The notes below the pieces were generated by a model. It saw only the letters and a program-made list of their open reading frames with translations. It was not told the DNA's origin and ran no database searches. Of a DNA stretch of 64,000 nt, positions 14,400 to 29,510 are shown piece by piece (the first letter of the stretch is position 1; the number at the start of each line of letters is the position of its first letter). Position numbers and translations under genes: made by a program. Source of the DNA: Octopus vulgaris (Eukaryota); NCBI GenBank assembly GCA_951406725.2, contig OX597827.1, forward strand, positions 66,154,001 through 66,218,000, read 5' to 3'.

Positions 14400-14640
14400 G
14401 GTACAGGAAATTAAAAATCAACAAAATGAGAGACGAGTACATAAAAACAAAAATATAGAAAACGAACTTTTTTCGAACAACGAAAGTAACATATAGAGAA
14501 ACGAGACAGGCAACTAAGGAATATTCCCTTCATCAGTTGACCCCTGTTTTAAAAACTCCGCGTTTCGTAGGTACGTAGAAGACGCGACTTCGTTAAAACA
14601 ATCCTTCCTGTAAAGCAAATTAAATAAAATTTGGGACACC
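14400..14640 (-). mobile_element. Possible Penelope-like pLTR remnant; related diverged copy at about 24945-25110
   Basis: Minus strand has tgttttaacgaag...cgaaacgcggagt...ttaaaaca (decayed hammerhead-like layout), then caactgatgaagggaatattcc; the 25070-25105 region has the similar ataactgatgagaacattactc. Confidence 0.35.
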
Positions 14641-14696
14641 GTTTGTTTTTACTGATTTGTTCTTGATGACCTGTTTTTGCTACCACTTTGAAGCTC

Positions 14697-14769
<73 letters not shown>

Positions 14770-14773
<4 letters not shown>

Positions 14774-14989
14774 ACATTATATAAAAGGGCTTAGTAAAAT
14801 AAATTACTTTGCCGCATACTGAACTCATTAGAAATAGCAGCCAAAAAAACTTTTTTAAAAACTATTTCCAATACTTAAAGAAAATCTCTCTCAAATAGTG
14901 CTTGTTCAATTCAACTCACGAATTGGTCCCTTTGCATACTGAACACTTGGTGAAATTGATTAATTAATTAATTTTACCCTCAATTGTTG

Positions 14990-14995
<6 letters not shown>
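14770..14995. mobile_element. Unique about 225-bp insert flanked on both sides by (TA)n; probably a TA-targeting retroelement end
   Basis: Non-repetitive block between two pure TA tracts; internal direct repeat gcatactgaac. Confidence 0.45.
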
Positions 14996-15026
<31 letters not shown>

Positions 15027-15340
15027 AGACGCCGACCAAGAAACATTACTGTTGCTCCCATTGGAACACAAGGTAAAATCTATAATGAACTCCTCGCCTT
15101 TTCAAGAACATGGATTTTTTATACTTGACTCTATTGAATGTATGTCACAATTATGAACTGTTACGTCATACTCTTTAAGCATATAGCATGGACTCTCTTT
15201 ATTATAAAACATTTTTTTTTTCATAAGGTTCGTTATTTCAAGAACCGAAACATGTTAAATTAAAATTTATCTAACATAGCGGCATTTTCAAACTTCATGT
15301 TTTACAAATATATATATATATATATATATATTGGTGGGTA

Positions 15341-15709
15341 TAGGTGCAGGCGTATGTGTATGGTAAGTAGCTTGCTTACCAATCACATAGTTCGGAGTTA
15401 AGACCCACTGCGTCATCTTGGGTGTCATCTACTATAACCTCGGGCCGACCAAAGCCTTGTAAGTGGAGCCTTGTTAGACGGATTTGAAAGAAGCTCGCCG
15501 TATGTGTGTTTGTGTGTGCTTGTGTTTTTTCCTCCACAATCGCTTGGCAACCTAGCGGTTCGGCAGAAGATCTCGATCGGATTAACACTAGGCTTACAAA
15601 GGATAAGTCCGGGACTCGAATTTCTTGACTAAATGCGTTGCTCCAGCATGGCCGCAGTCAATTGACTGAAAGGAGTAAATGACAGAAGGAATAAAAGAAT
15701 AAAAGAATA
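15341..15709 (+). mobile_element. Family-B SINE (internally deleted)
   Basis: Head taggtgcagg...ggtaagtagcttgcttacc; tail tgctccagcatggccgcagtcaattgactgaa, then (aataaaag)n. Confidence 0.85.
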
Positions 15710-16045
15710 CTACGTATGGATGTATGTATATATGTATGTATATATCTAAATATATAGGCATCGTTGTTGGTGTGTCACCGATGCACTTAAAACAATGTTA
15801 TCGAGATAGTAAACTTGCTGAACTCATTAATGCTGGTAGCGGTTTTGGCGGTTAGGCTCGCAGAATTGTTTAGCCTCAAGTCGCTATTAAATGACTATAT
15901 GTATGATCAAAGGCAGTCCTGTCACATATATCTTATCTTTACTCCCATGTCTCCTTTTATCTTCTCATCTCTGCCTGTTTGTGTATGCGTATATATATAT
16001 ATATATATGAAAACCGCATACACACGTCTATATATGGAAAACGGC

Positions 16046-16126
<81 letters not shown>

Positions 16127-16299
16127 TGTATATATGCGTTTGTGTATGTGTGTGTGTGTGTGTGTTGGTGTTCAGTTCAAGGTCTACAGCATAACATACA
16201 TGTGATAGACGGATACATAATGGATATCGACATCTCTTTAGAATTTTCACCATTAATATAATGGTTCACTAACCGTTAATATATATCTAAGAAAAATAA

Positions 16300-16560
16300 T
16301 AAATTGGCACCAGTGTATCAAATCCATTACTTACCGTAATAGCAACTCGCTATATAACAACTTCATAATCATTTACGACATGTACCAATGTAATAGTGTC
16401 GGTCTTCAAAGAACAGTGCTTAATGCTGAACGGTGAATTCAGAAGAATTGTTGAAAGCTCACAAAAGCGGTGTTCAGACGATATCAAATTCTGCATTAAG
16501 AACATCGATGTAAATTAACACCTGGTTGAATACAAAGTCAAAGATCAGGCATTATATCTC
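16300..16560 (-). pseudogene. Decayed hAT transposase fragment (GTF2IRD2/SPIN-like)
   Basis: Minus-strand translation NQVLIYIDVLNAEFDIV*TPLL resembles the hAT AQLLIFIRGVxxEFxVxEELL motif. Confidence 0.35.
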
Positions 16561-16702
16561 GTTCTCTCACAGCGATTAAGCTGAACAAAATAATCCACAG
16601 TTAAGTCATGTATTTAACACACATATATGTGCATGCGCACAAAAACCATGCATAACAGACATAGACACACACATACACACATATACAAGTACACACACTC
16701 AA

Positions 16703-16753
<51 letters not shown>

Positions 16754-17057
16754 GATATATGTAAATATTTATTTATTTTCTATGGTTCATTCTTGCTCAG
16801 TTTAAGTCTATTTCTGTTTCCCTCTCTATATAAATATATATACAGATAGATATATGGATAGATAGATAGGGAGGGAGAGAGGGACCAACAGATAGAGAGA
16901 TACTTTCATATATAGAAAGACACACAGACAGAGTCAGACATAGGTAGATTGATAGATAGATACATAGACAGATAGATGGATAGATAGATAGGGAGAGAGA
17001 GAGAGACCTTGGATACATAGATACTTGGATACATAGAAAGACACACAGACAGAATCA

Positions 17058-17204
<147 letters not shown>

Positions 17205-17547
17205 CAGATAGTCGTAAAATATCTGCTATTACCCATGAAGAGATTTTCAAAAAGAAAAAAAACCCTTGCGATCTGGTCATCGATATCTGAAACGGTGATT
17301 TACATATTCATTCTTATTACATTCTGGCAGACTGGAACGCCATTATGCTTGTCATTACTGTGTACGCCACAGGTAAACAATCTTGTCCACTTACGACTGC
17401 AATTTACCCATGACACTCAGATATTTAGTGCAAACGATCATGGAGAGAAATTCTTTGATAATCTCCAAGTTTGAAGCCAGTGTTTAGTATGGTTTCCAAA
17501 ATATGCCTCAACTCCGATCTGGAATTCAGGGTGACATTCCAAAATAC

Positions 17548-17721
17548 ACTCCTTTACTGGTTTCAGTCGTTTGACTGCGACCATGCTGGAGAACCGTCAT
17601 TAGTCGAACAAATCGAACCCAGGACTTATTATTTGTAAGTCTAGTTCTTATTCTATCTGTCTGTTTTGCAGATCCGCTAGGTTACGGGGACGTAAACACA
17701 CTAATACAGACACACAAACAT

Positions 17722-17777
<56 letters not shown>

Positions 17778-17920
17778 ACATATATAAATCCACTCAACGG
17801 CTTTGGTCGGCCCGAGGCTATAGTAAAAGGCACATGCCCAAGGTGACACGCAGTGGGATTGAACCCGGAACCATGTGGATCATAAGCAAGCTACTTACCA
17901 CGCAGCCACTCCTGCGCCTA
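17548..17920 (-). mobile_element. Family-B SINE
   Basis: Same head (taggcgcaggagtggctgcgtggtaag), body and tail as the 4248 copy. Confidence 0.9.
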
Positions 17921-18376
17921 ATTAAATACTTACGACAAGCAGAAAATAAAATACTCTGTCGTAGAATCGGACGCTAATTTTCAAATTCGCAGAGAATGTC
18001 TGCTCCGAGAATCTAATCTTCAATAAATTCGCTTCATGCTCCAATCTTCCTATATATCCGTTCATATAAGTATGCATATGTATATATATCCGTACCTTTA
18101 AGAGTATCTCCCTCTCGTTCACTCTCTCTCTCTCCCTCTCTCTCTCTCTCTGTTTCTCTCTGCCACTCTGTCTCTCCATCTACGTCTCTCTATATATATA
18201 GATACCTATGTGCGTATGCGTGTGAGTTTGCTCACATAAATAGAAACACACACGAATGTATAAATGGCTGTAATCCTATGTGATTGCATGTGAACATTTC
18301 AGTGGTTCTTCACGTGTATGAATCTTCAGTAGTTTTAAATGTGTAGATTCATACGAATCTCTCTCATACACCTCTC

Positions 18377-18422
<46 letters not shown>

Positions 18423-18446
18423 AAACCATATATATGCGTGCGTTTG

Positions 18447-18481
<35 letters not shown>

Positions 18482-18484
18482 ATG

Positions 18485-18553
<69 letters not shown>

Positions 18554-19945
18554 TACATAATGTTGTGTCTATTTTTTATTTTCCTACTATATCAAAATTC
18601 TATATTATTATCCTTCTTTTTTCAATAATTTTAAAATTATCCACCTATTATATTTTACATAACATTATTTTTTTCAATTGACATCATATAATTTTATCAA
18701 CGTATCAATATATTATATTATGATATTATTACATTATTAAAATATCATATCATTATTTTACTGAAGCTATTTCACACACATATACAGCGAATATTACACA
18801 CACAGCTTCATTTTCATGTCTCAACGAACGGGGAAATTTACACTAATAACAAGACACCATCACATGAACGAAATTTAGTTATTATGGTTTTTCACGCTGT
18901 TCACATGGGTTAGCGCAAAGTATACATCACACACAAACGCAAATTTCATCATAACACATTATGTATTTTGCGCACAATTTATGGCCATAACGCAGCAACG
19001 AACACGAAATTTGTGAATTATCACAAAGATACGTTATGTTTAGAAATACGTACACCATTTAAGTAACATACAAAGTTATAACGTAATATTCCATATAGCC
19101 ATGTATACATTTGGTCTTCTGCATTCAAATAAAGACACACACAGACGCACAAAAACACACACACACACAGAATCCATCCCAAGCATAGACACACACACAA
19201 ACACAAACACATACACATATATTTGTTAAGCAGAGTCGATTTTTTACAATTCTGTAAATAACAGTAATATTTTAAAAGTTTATAAGCGATCATTGCGCAA
19301 TGACTAAAGAAAATGGTCTGATAAAGGGGTACATAAGTCCTTGAGAGAAAAAAGTAGGCTTTCCTGTACGCGCAGGACTCGAACCCACGCTCCCTTTGTT
19401 GACCAAGTGCCACGTATCAGAGGTGGTTTCACATATTACTGTAGCACATTCAACTGTGTTGCCCCAGCTTCGCCGCAGCTTTCGGGCTGAAATATTTTTA
19501 TGTATTTAAGGATTTAAGGATTTGTAATGGAAAAGATGTTCCAGTGTCATTGGATATTAACATTCTTATTTTCGTTATTTCTTTATTTTCTATATTTTAC
19601 AAAACACATTGAAGGATTTTTTCTGTTTTCCGTATCCAAGGAGACTTAATGAAGTGAAGCGCAACTAGGATTTTCACAAATGCATCTGTCTATGACCGCA
19701 CATGTGTATGATCGACTATCATACCACTTTGATTGTCTTCAATCATGAACTCCCAAAATGTTAATGCTTGTTAAATGAGCATGCGAATGCGTTCGGCATC
19801 TATAAAATTAATGAGCTTTATCATTGAATTTATCAAAACTAAACATCAAGGGTGGTAATAAATATGATGTTCTCTTAAACAGATACACCTGTCAAAACAT
19901 TTATGCATATTTTAAATAATTTAAATATGTATGTATATGCATCTA

Positions 19946-20121
<176 letters not shown>

Positions 20122-20158
20122 TATATATATATATTTATACATATATATATACATATGT

Positions 20159-20201
<43 letters not shown>

Positions 20202-20232
20202 ATTTACATATATATGTATATATATATCAATA

Positions 20233-20295
<63 letters not shown>

Positions 20296-22199
20296 GTGTG
20301 TTTGCCTATGTGTGTAGTGTCTGTCGGAAGTTGTATTTAATTATTAATTTCATTTTGAACATAACGATACAGATATTTTCAAAGCTTTTATTTCGTTTGT
20401 ACTAAAAACATTCACCGCATATTTTGACAGTTGATATTTTAAATATATGGAAGCATGACGTAAATAATGTCTATGGAATTGTGGATTTTTTTTTTTCCTG
20501 TGCTAAATAATACAGGAACGTGCTTAAACACCAATTTAATATAAACTTTGCGTTATGAAATTATTCACAGAATTAGAATCAATTCATCATAATGTCTATT
20601 GATCGTAAAGAAAAAAAAAACGATATAACAAGATATATTATTAAACAAACTGTTATGTTATCCCAATAAATGTACAAACAATGCTTTTCAGAATCTGAAA
20701 TGTGTTTGTCAATACTTTAATACGTTTGTTCAAGAAATAGGAATCAGACGTGTTATATAAATAACACGTCTGTTTTAAATATGTAATACAAGAACATTTA
20801 TATAACCGAATTAACCGACAGATTTCAAGTGAAGTCTATACTTATATGTGTATACATGTATGTGACTAAATACACACATGAATGCTCTTACATACACTCT
20901 CACTCTGAGACAGAGACACATACATGCATATAGAGATAGATATTTATGTATGATGAAAAGTGCATTATCTCTCCATTTAACACGTGTGTCAATTGATTTA
21001 AATTGCCGACAGTATATATTGAATGTTTTTGCATGGAAACCGTCCTTCATAAGAGGAATGAAAGCAAACGCTAACAACCACAGATAAAGGAATGACGATA
21101 GAAATAAAGAAAAATTGAGCAGGTGTTATAAATTCATTGAAATGTAATCTATATTTGTGACAAGATTTCTTGTTTTGAAAATAGGCATCTTTTCAAATGC
21201 TTCTAAATTGATGTGCAAGTACTTTGACATCTTCTCATTTTCTATTATCTAAAGCAGTTTAATCTTCTTCACGAGTGTTACTTTCTCTTTTATTACTGTT
21301 ACCTGGCTGTAGAATCTGTCTTTCGCTTTCTCATTTGCTCTATCAACAATACTCCGCTAGTTTTCCGCTCTCTCTATCTCTGCCATTTATCCTTCGCTTA
21401 TTTCGCGATGAGAAATGTGTTATAATATTCCAAGTCCTCCACCTTCTTGTTGCTCCAGTGAATAGTTCCTTCATATATTTATCAGTCTCACTCTCTCAAT
21501 GTATCTCTATTCCACACCCTGACGTTGTACGTGTGTATATATATGCATGCGCACGCGTGTGTGTTTGTGCGAGGAAGTTAATCCCCTCAGGAATACTGCA
21601 TCCGAAGTCTAACCTATGTGAAGCTATGGATGGCAGTGCAAAACCTTTCTCACAGTGGTGTTCATCCAAGTGTTGTAAAGAAAAACAAAGATCCTTGCCC
21701 AGGGGAATTTATAATATGTGGCCGATATTTCTGATCCAACAAACACCATTTTAGTAGTGTTGCATGTAAATGATAATGCAGAAGAATCCAGCCCTAATAA
21801 AATCGGCACCAAAATAATTGACTGTTGACTCAAAGTAAATATAGAATGTGAAACATATATAATCTCACAACCGTTACCAAAAGTGGATATCGGTTTATTA
21901 TCTGAACTGGATATGTTTACTTCAAATGGATTATTCCATGCAGGCTATCCTACTCTCATGAAAAATGTACTTAAAACAACTTCAAAATCTCGTCAAATTT
22001 TTGGCACATATATATACGTTACACACACACGCACGCACGCACACCAACATACACACACATACGTAAACATCCATAGTAAGCTCCTGTCATTAGTAATCTG
22101 GTTGTGTCGTCCAATCTCTGGTAATACTTTATACAATTCTATCGTACAAAGCACACCTCACACGGAATGATTTCAAATTATTATCAAGCATTATTTTAT

Positions 22200-22560
22200 C
22201 GCTGGACATGTGCTTTGTGAATACAGGATTGCGTGATAGCCATCTCAGAATAGTTCTCATGTGAAGCGGGACGACTACATGTAGCAAGACTCATCTTTTA
22301 TTAAATGTACATCTTCATTTTCTCACAAGATTTCTCTGACGCAAATGCTGAGGACAAAGCTGGTTGTGCATAACTGTCATTGTACATTTTTCTAACATGT
22401 GTTAGTTCTTTAAAATAAGAAAAAATGCACCATACTGTTGCAATTTCATAAGACTAATTCGTTTGTCCAAATATTTTCATATCTATATACAGCTCATCTG
22501 CTCTCTTCTTAGTAGAAACAACTCGAAATATTTTCTAATTAGAGCTAAATAGATGTGGTG
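22200..22560 (-). pseudogene. Possible decayed hAT C-terminal dimerisation-domain fragment
   Basis: Minus strand SAFASEKSCEKM ... HMRTILR resembles SxFxSTYxCE ... HLxxxLR. Confidence 0.3.
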
Positions 22561-23952
22561 CATCCTTTATGTTCTCTAACTTCTTACACTCAACAACATA
22601 CATTATATGGAACTTAAAATTCATACGTACGAGTGCAGTTAGTCCCCGTTAATTAGGGTAGGAAGACAGGTGATCTTATCATTTAAATTATATAACATAA
22701 AATGGGGTCCTTTTCTACAACCATTATAAACGGTTGTGCTTAAATCCACTTACAAGGTTAATCATTTAAATTCCATAAATATAAAGTTCCATTCCTATAA
22801 GTACTTACTACAAATTTATACATTCAATAGACACGCCGTCGTACTAAAGTGAATGTTTTATTGATTAGTCAACGTCCATACGTTTACTTGTAAAATTCCT
22901 ATCACACATTTCTTGTTTGAATGTTGAAAAGTTAGGTCCTGGATGAAAACTTATAGGGAAGACGTAAAGAAAGTCACATTGAGGATATCATATACTTATT
23001 AAAATAAAGCTGAAATTGAAAACATCGAGATCAAGTTGCTTTCAAGATTATGCTGAATAAAGAAATCAATGTTTTTAATAAACTGATATGTCCATACCTT
23101 GACTGTATGTAAGGAAAGGCCGATTACATGTCTTTTTACTTTAAGAATCTCGAGGACTGGCGGTTACCGGACGGCAGACTTTTCACAGGAAAACCTAAAC
23201 CTGACACACATTTTCAGCGGATTCTAGACTTTGAACTTTACACTAATAGTCCGAGATTTTAAACCAGTGGTGGGATCAGCTCTAAAATCAAGAACTAAGA
23301 AGACAAGGATCCAAGACAAATACTCCATCGTTTTCCAACAGAGAGCTCTCGTAAATCCAGCAGCCTAACGACGAACATTACTTTAAGTTGAGTTTGAAAT
23401 TCAGTAAAAAATATCACAGAACATTAAATACTTGAGTATTGACAGCAGATTTGTCTTATATCTTGACGGGACATATAGTTATTACAACCAAAATCCCAAC
23501 AGATCGAACAAATGTGTTAGTTTTAGGGGTATACTGGAAATAATATTCAATGTGTCATTCGCAATTATCAAACAATAATTTTTTAATATCAGGAAGAATT
23601 AGTAAATATTTACTCATTAGTCGATCATCTGTGTAATGATATCCTAGACGGCATGTTTTATTAATTAATGTTACAATACCGAGTAGAAATCTCTTCCGCA
23701 GGTTAAGTCCTATAATGACTAATTGAAGAAATATTTAAAATTCTCAAGAGTTTGGGAAGGAGAATAACTACAGTTCCTACGTAATAACATTAAAGCCTTC
23801 GTTCAGAATATTCTTCTGAACTAATTATTTAATATAACGGCGAAATAGGAATCTTGCGTGAGCGCCTACAAACTCATACCTATTAAGGCAAGTGAAAATC
23901 GTCTACATTTGCAAAATCATTAATGTTGGATATGCGGACACGAAGAACAGAC

Positions 23953-24004
<52 letters not shown>

Positions 24005-24311
24005 ATATATATACGTATATATATATATACTATATATATCTATATATATAACTCACGTATATATGTATATATATCGAACCTATTATATATATCGTCGATA
24101 ATAATCCAGACAAAAGTCTACGAATTTATATATTTTCCCCCCGATTAGTGGTGTGTTGATTTCAAGAATCGTTTTACAATGGACCAAAAGTTTATGTCAG
24201 TAGAATTTGGAGAATGCTATCGAATGTCTCTTTTCAATAAAGGGTGTGAGTCAATCGATTATTGTAGGCAAAACAGCAAGAACAATAACAAAACATACAG
24301 ACAGAAGAACA

Positions 24312-24428
<117 letters not shown>

Positions 24429-24754
24429 AAATATATATATACACATATATATACATACATAGATATATATACATATATATATTTATATATATATAGCGCT
24501 CGTCGTGAGCGCTACACACATATGGAAAATATCCATGCATTATACATATATCACATTAAAACAGAAACTGACCTATAGGGTTCAAGAAGTCTTTGGACAG
24601 AATATATATATATATCCCGGATATATATATATACATATATGTCTCTGTAAACAATACTACTTGAGTGGGCCATATAGATATATATAGGTGGTGCTATATA
24701 TATAGACATGGCCTGGGCCAATATATATATATATATCATATATATCATATGTAT

Positions 24755-24868
<114 letters not shown>

Positions 24869-24907
24869 GTATGTATATATATGTATATATATATGTATAT
24901 GTATATA

Positions 24908-24938
<31 letters not shown>

Positions 24939-25501
24939 GAAATATAATGGGGGAGAAATGAAATTAAATATACATACAATGAGTAGGTAAACATTCACTA
25001 ATATATAATCTGGTTCTAGATATTTATAAAAAAAAAACGCACAACAGAACTTAACATTCCTAACACAACACAGAGAGTAATGTTCTCATCAGTTATCCAC
25101 TGCATTACGGATTTTTCTTCATAATGAATCCAAGGCAGATTGTAATGTTGTAAATCATGAATCAGACGTAGGAAACGCAAAGGTACATACAGGAGGTCAT
25201 ATATATGATCTATGGCATTTAGCTTTCAGGCAGATATTAACCTTCTCTGAACCCATAATTTAAATAAAATCACATCTGCAATAGTGAGCAAGTACAAATA
25301 TAATGCACGTAATTATTTGGATATTGCAAAACTTACGCATACTTCACGGAAATGTAGTTATACTTCTATATATGGAGATAGACGTGGATAACTGGGAAGC
25401 ATTCGTTCAAGACAGAGCAAGGTTCAAAGCAAAGATTGCACTACTCTGACACAAAGGAACTATCAATTTGACATACACGCACACACACAAGCACACACAC
25501 A

Positions 25502-25550
<49 letters not shown>

Positions 25551-25737
25551 GAGGAGAGATAGAGATAGAAAAAGAGACAGATAGTTATGTATATATATAT
25601 TACTATCTATCTATCTATGTACGTATATATATATATATATGTGTGCGTGTATATATATATATATACATATGTACCTACATATATATATATATGTATATTT
25701 ATCTATTTATACATATGTATATATATATATATATATA

Positions 25738-26150
25738 TACTCTTTTAGTCTCTTTTACTCTTTTAATTGTTTCAGTTATTTGACTATGGCCATGGTGGAG
25801 CACCACCTTTAGTCGAGCAAATCGGCCCCAGGACTTATCCTTTGTAAGCCTAAAACTTATTATTTTACCGAACCGCTAAGCTACGGGGACGTAAACACAC
25901 CAGCATCGGTTGTCAAGCGATGTTTGGGGGACAAATACAGACACACAAACATATACACATATTTATATATATGTATACATATATAAGACGGGCTTCTTTA
26001 AGTTTCCTGTCTACCAAATCCACTCGCAAGGCTTTGGTCAGCCCGAGACTATAGTAGAAAACACTGGACCAAGCTGCCGTGCAGTGGAACCGAACCCGGA
26101 ACATATGGTTTGTAAGGAAGTTGCTTACCACACAGCCACTCCTACGCCTA
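25738..26150 (-). mobile_element. Family-B SINE
   Basis: Matches the 4248 and 17548 copies along its length. Confidence 0.9.
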
Positions 26151-26590
26151 TATATACAACTATTTATCTATACATTGAGTTGGCAAGGAAGTAATATGGT
26201 TTTTTTAATGTTAATGAAAAGTAAATTTTTCATACAAAAAATTAACTTTAATCAATTATATATTTTCCATTTTGTTCGAAAACCGTTTGCCCTCTCCCTG
26301 GCAACTTCAAGATTTCGTGCTCGTAAAACTTCTGGTCTTTATCAGTCAAAAACTGAAGCAAGTGGGATTTCAGGTCATCATTATTTCAGGTCATCATCAT
26401 TATTCAAAGAATATTGGAAACAACGAAATAAATGGTAATCTTATTGTGCAAGGTCAGAGGTATATGGCGGTTGTAGCATCACTTTCCAATCAACCCCCAA
26501 TGGTCTTTTCATTAGTTAACAAAGACATCTGTGGTCTAGCGTTGCCATGGTGGAACACGATTCCTTTAAAAATATCGGTCTTCTTTGGAA

Positions 26591-26777
26591 GCGGCGTGCT
26601 GGCAGAAACGTTAGCACGCCGGGCGAACTGCGTAGCCGTATTTCGTCTGCCGTTACGTTCTGAGTTCAAACTCCGCCGAGGTCGACTTTGCCTTTCATCC
26701 TTTTGGGGTCGATTAAATAAGTACCAGTTGCGCAGTGGGGTCGATATAATTTCGTCTGCCATTTCGGTCTGAGTTCA
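26591..26777 (+). mobile_element. Family-A SINE, truncated, with restart at atttcgtctgcc
   Basis: Head gcggcgtgctggcagaaacgttagc and core present; after gatataat the sequence re-enters the head (ttcgtctgccatttcggtctgagttca). Confidence 0.85.
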
Positions 26778-26843
26778 TGCATTTCTCTTTTATGTGTGTG
26801 AGTGCGAGAGAGAGAGAAAAAGAGGGAATGTGCCACTTAGGTA

Positions 26844-26883
<40 letters not shown>

Positions 26884-27581
26884 GCACACATACATAGAAA
26901 AAAGATGTATGTATATTTATTTTTGTGTGTACGTATACATCACAACACACCCCTTCACTCACACACAGGCACACACACAGACATGAATATAAACAAACGC
27001 ACATACAAAAACGCGCATGTGCGTTTGTGACTGGATACAAATACCTAGAGCTAAACACGGTGTGCGAAGAGAAAATAAACAAACATTTTTACAGAAATTA
27101 ATGGAGTGTGGAGTTCAGAAGGAAATTAAACCAGGAGCGAGTGTGTGTGAGAGGAAGGGAGAGAGAGAGAGCGAGAGAGAGAGAGAGAGAGAGCATTGCA
27201 AACAAAGAATGAGATAAACATGGAATGAAAAAATGGTATATATAAAAGCACGTTAAAAACTATCTTGTAGCGAATATTTAAATTTGTGAACTTCATAAAA
27301 TATATCTTTCAGTAATTTATCGTAGTTGTTTACAAATAACGAACATTAAAATAGAGAGTGACAGACCTCTCCGTTTTGACGTCCATACCGGAAGTTGACA
27401 TTGAGAAACCCTTTTAAAAAAGTGAATAATAAATATAAATCAATATTTTTTTATTTGATGAAAAAAAAAATCAAATGAAGATCCTATTATATGTACGAGG
27501 TCAAATTATTCATGCTTCACAAATATGAAAGTTATTAGTGAAGCCGTTTTCATGGGAATTGCGATTACACACACATCTCTG

Positions 27582-27644
<63 letters not shown>

Positions 27645-27647
<3 letters not shown>

Positions 27648-28054
27648 TCCTTTATTGTCTTGTTTCAGTCATTTGACCGTGGCCATGCTGCAGCACCGCC
27701 TTTGGTCGAGCAAATCGACCCTGGGACTATTTCTTGTAAGCCTAGTATTTATTCTATCGGTTAGCTTTAACCGACCTGCTAGGTTACGGGAATATAAACA
27801 CACCAACATCAGCTGTCAAGCAATGGTGGGGCTAAAAATACTGACACACAAATATATACACACACATACACATACATAAATATTTATATATATACACGCC
27901 GGGGTTCTTTCAGTTTCCGTCTACCAAATCTACTCTCAAGTCTTCGGTCGGCCCGAGTCTATGCTAGAAGACACTTGCCCAAGTTGGCACACAGTGGGAC
28001 TGAACCCGGAGCCATGTGGTTGGTAAGCAAGCTACTTACCACATTGCGACTCCT

Positions 28055-28058
<4 letters not shown>
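27645..28058 (-). mobile_element. Family-B SINE
   Basis: Full head, body and tail match. Confidence 0.9.
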
Positions 28059-28095
<37 letters not shown>

Positions 28096-28097
<2 letters not shown>

Positions 28098-28248
28098 TGT
28101 TTTCCAGAATAACCTCGGGCCGTCCAAAGTCTTGTGAGTGGATTTGGTAGGCGGAAACTGAAAGAAGCCCATCGTATATATATATATATATGTATATGTA
28201 TATACATATGTGTGTGTGTATGTTTGTTTGTCTGTGTTTATCCACCCC
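28096..28248 (+). mobile_element. Partial family-B SINE, inverted relative to its neighbour
   Basis: cctcgggccgtccaaagtcttgtgagtggatttggtaggcggaaactgaaagaagccc. Confidence 0.85.
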
Positions 28249-28482
28249 GAAACGCCTGCGAACGTAGAAGTGAATGACAAAGAAATAGAAGAGATTAAAA
28301 AGAAGCACAATAGAAACTGCTGAAAGATGTGATTGCAAGAATTTGTGTATTGAAAAAAAAGGAACAATAAGGCAAATAATTGATGGCTGTCTGGGTGCAT
28401 AAACAACATGATTTGTGGGGAGAATTTAGGATTGACATGAAGGTAGAACTGCCCTATTGAGAATCACACTGGATTATAAAAT

Positions 28483-28718
28483 ACCTATTTCTTTACTACC
28501 CACAAGGGGCTAAACACAGACAGAACAAACCAGGACAGACAAAGGGATTAAGTCGATTATATTGACCCCAGTGCGTAACTGGTACTTATTTAATCGACCC
28601 CGAAAGGATGAAAGGCAAAGTCGACCACGGCGGAATTTGAACTCAGAACGTAAAGACAGACGAAATACCGCTAAGCATTTCGCCAGGCGTGCTAACGTTT
28701 CTGCTAGCTCGCCGCCTT
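28483..28718 (-). mobile_element. Family-A SINE, full length
   Basis: Near-identical to the 1244 copy. Confidence 0.9.
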
Positions 28719-29037
28719 AAACAAGCTGTTTAACATATTCTCGTTGACGCCTGGTTTATATTCAATGCCTTTTATGTTCAGAGAGATCATGGACGGTGGG
28801 GTCCCTCGATTATCTCTAGAGATCCTCCTGTATCAACAGGACTATATCACCATCATCCTTACATTTATTTACAGCTGTATACTATGTGTATTTCCTTTTT
28901 ACTTGTCATTGCCAATTTGTATACTTACTGTTTTTTTTTATTATTTATTTCACTATTTCGTTATATACAAAACATCTATACTTTCCGTCTGTCTTGGTAT
29001 TGAGTCCTCGTCCGTCGCTCTGATGACAAATAATGAA

Positions 29038-29510
29038 ATCATCATCGTCGTCGTCGTCGTCGTCATCATCACCATCATCATCATCATCATCATAATCATC
29101 ACCACCACCATCACCATAATCATTTCATCATCATCGTCATCATCATAATAATCGCCACCAGCACCACCACCATCATCATCATAATTATCACCACCACCAC
29201 CATCACCATAATCATCTCATCATCATCATTGTCATCATCATAATAATCGCCACCAGCACCACCACCATCATCATTATCATCATCATCATCACCATCATAT
29301 TAATCACCACCACCACCATCACCATCATCATATCATCATCATCATCATAATCATTACCAACACCACAACCAACACCACCACCAACACCAACACCACCATC
29401 ATCATCATCATCATAATCATCACCACCACCACCACAACAACAACCATCACCATCATCATCTCGTCACCATCATCATCTCATCACCATCATCACCAGCAGC
29501 AGCAGCAGCT
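29038..29510. repeat. (CAT/CAC)n trinucleotide low-complexity tract with higher-order duplication
   Basis: The block gtcatcatcataataatcgccaccagcaccaccaccatcatc occurs twice, about 95 bp apart. Confidence 0.9.

Noticed and set aside
19360-19520. B-box-like motif (minus strand) next to a SINE-tail-like motif (plus strand)
   Set aside because: Too short and diverged to define an element or its boundaries.
23040-23400. Possible LINE endonuclease relic (IVRDFK; similar hints at 1500-1900)
   Set aside because: A single weak motif only; not enough to call without a profile search.
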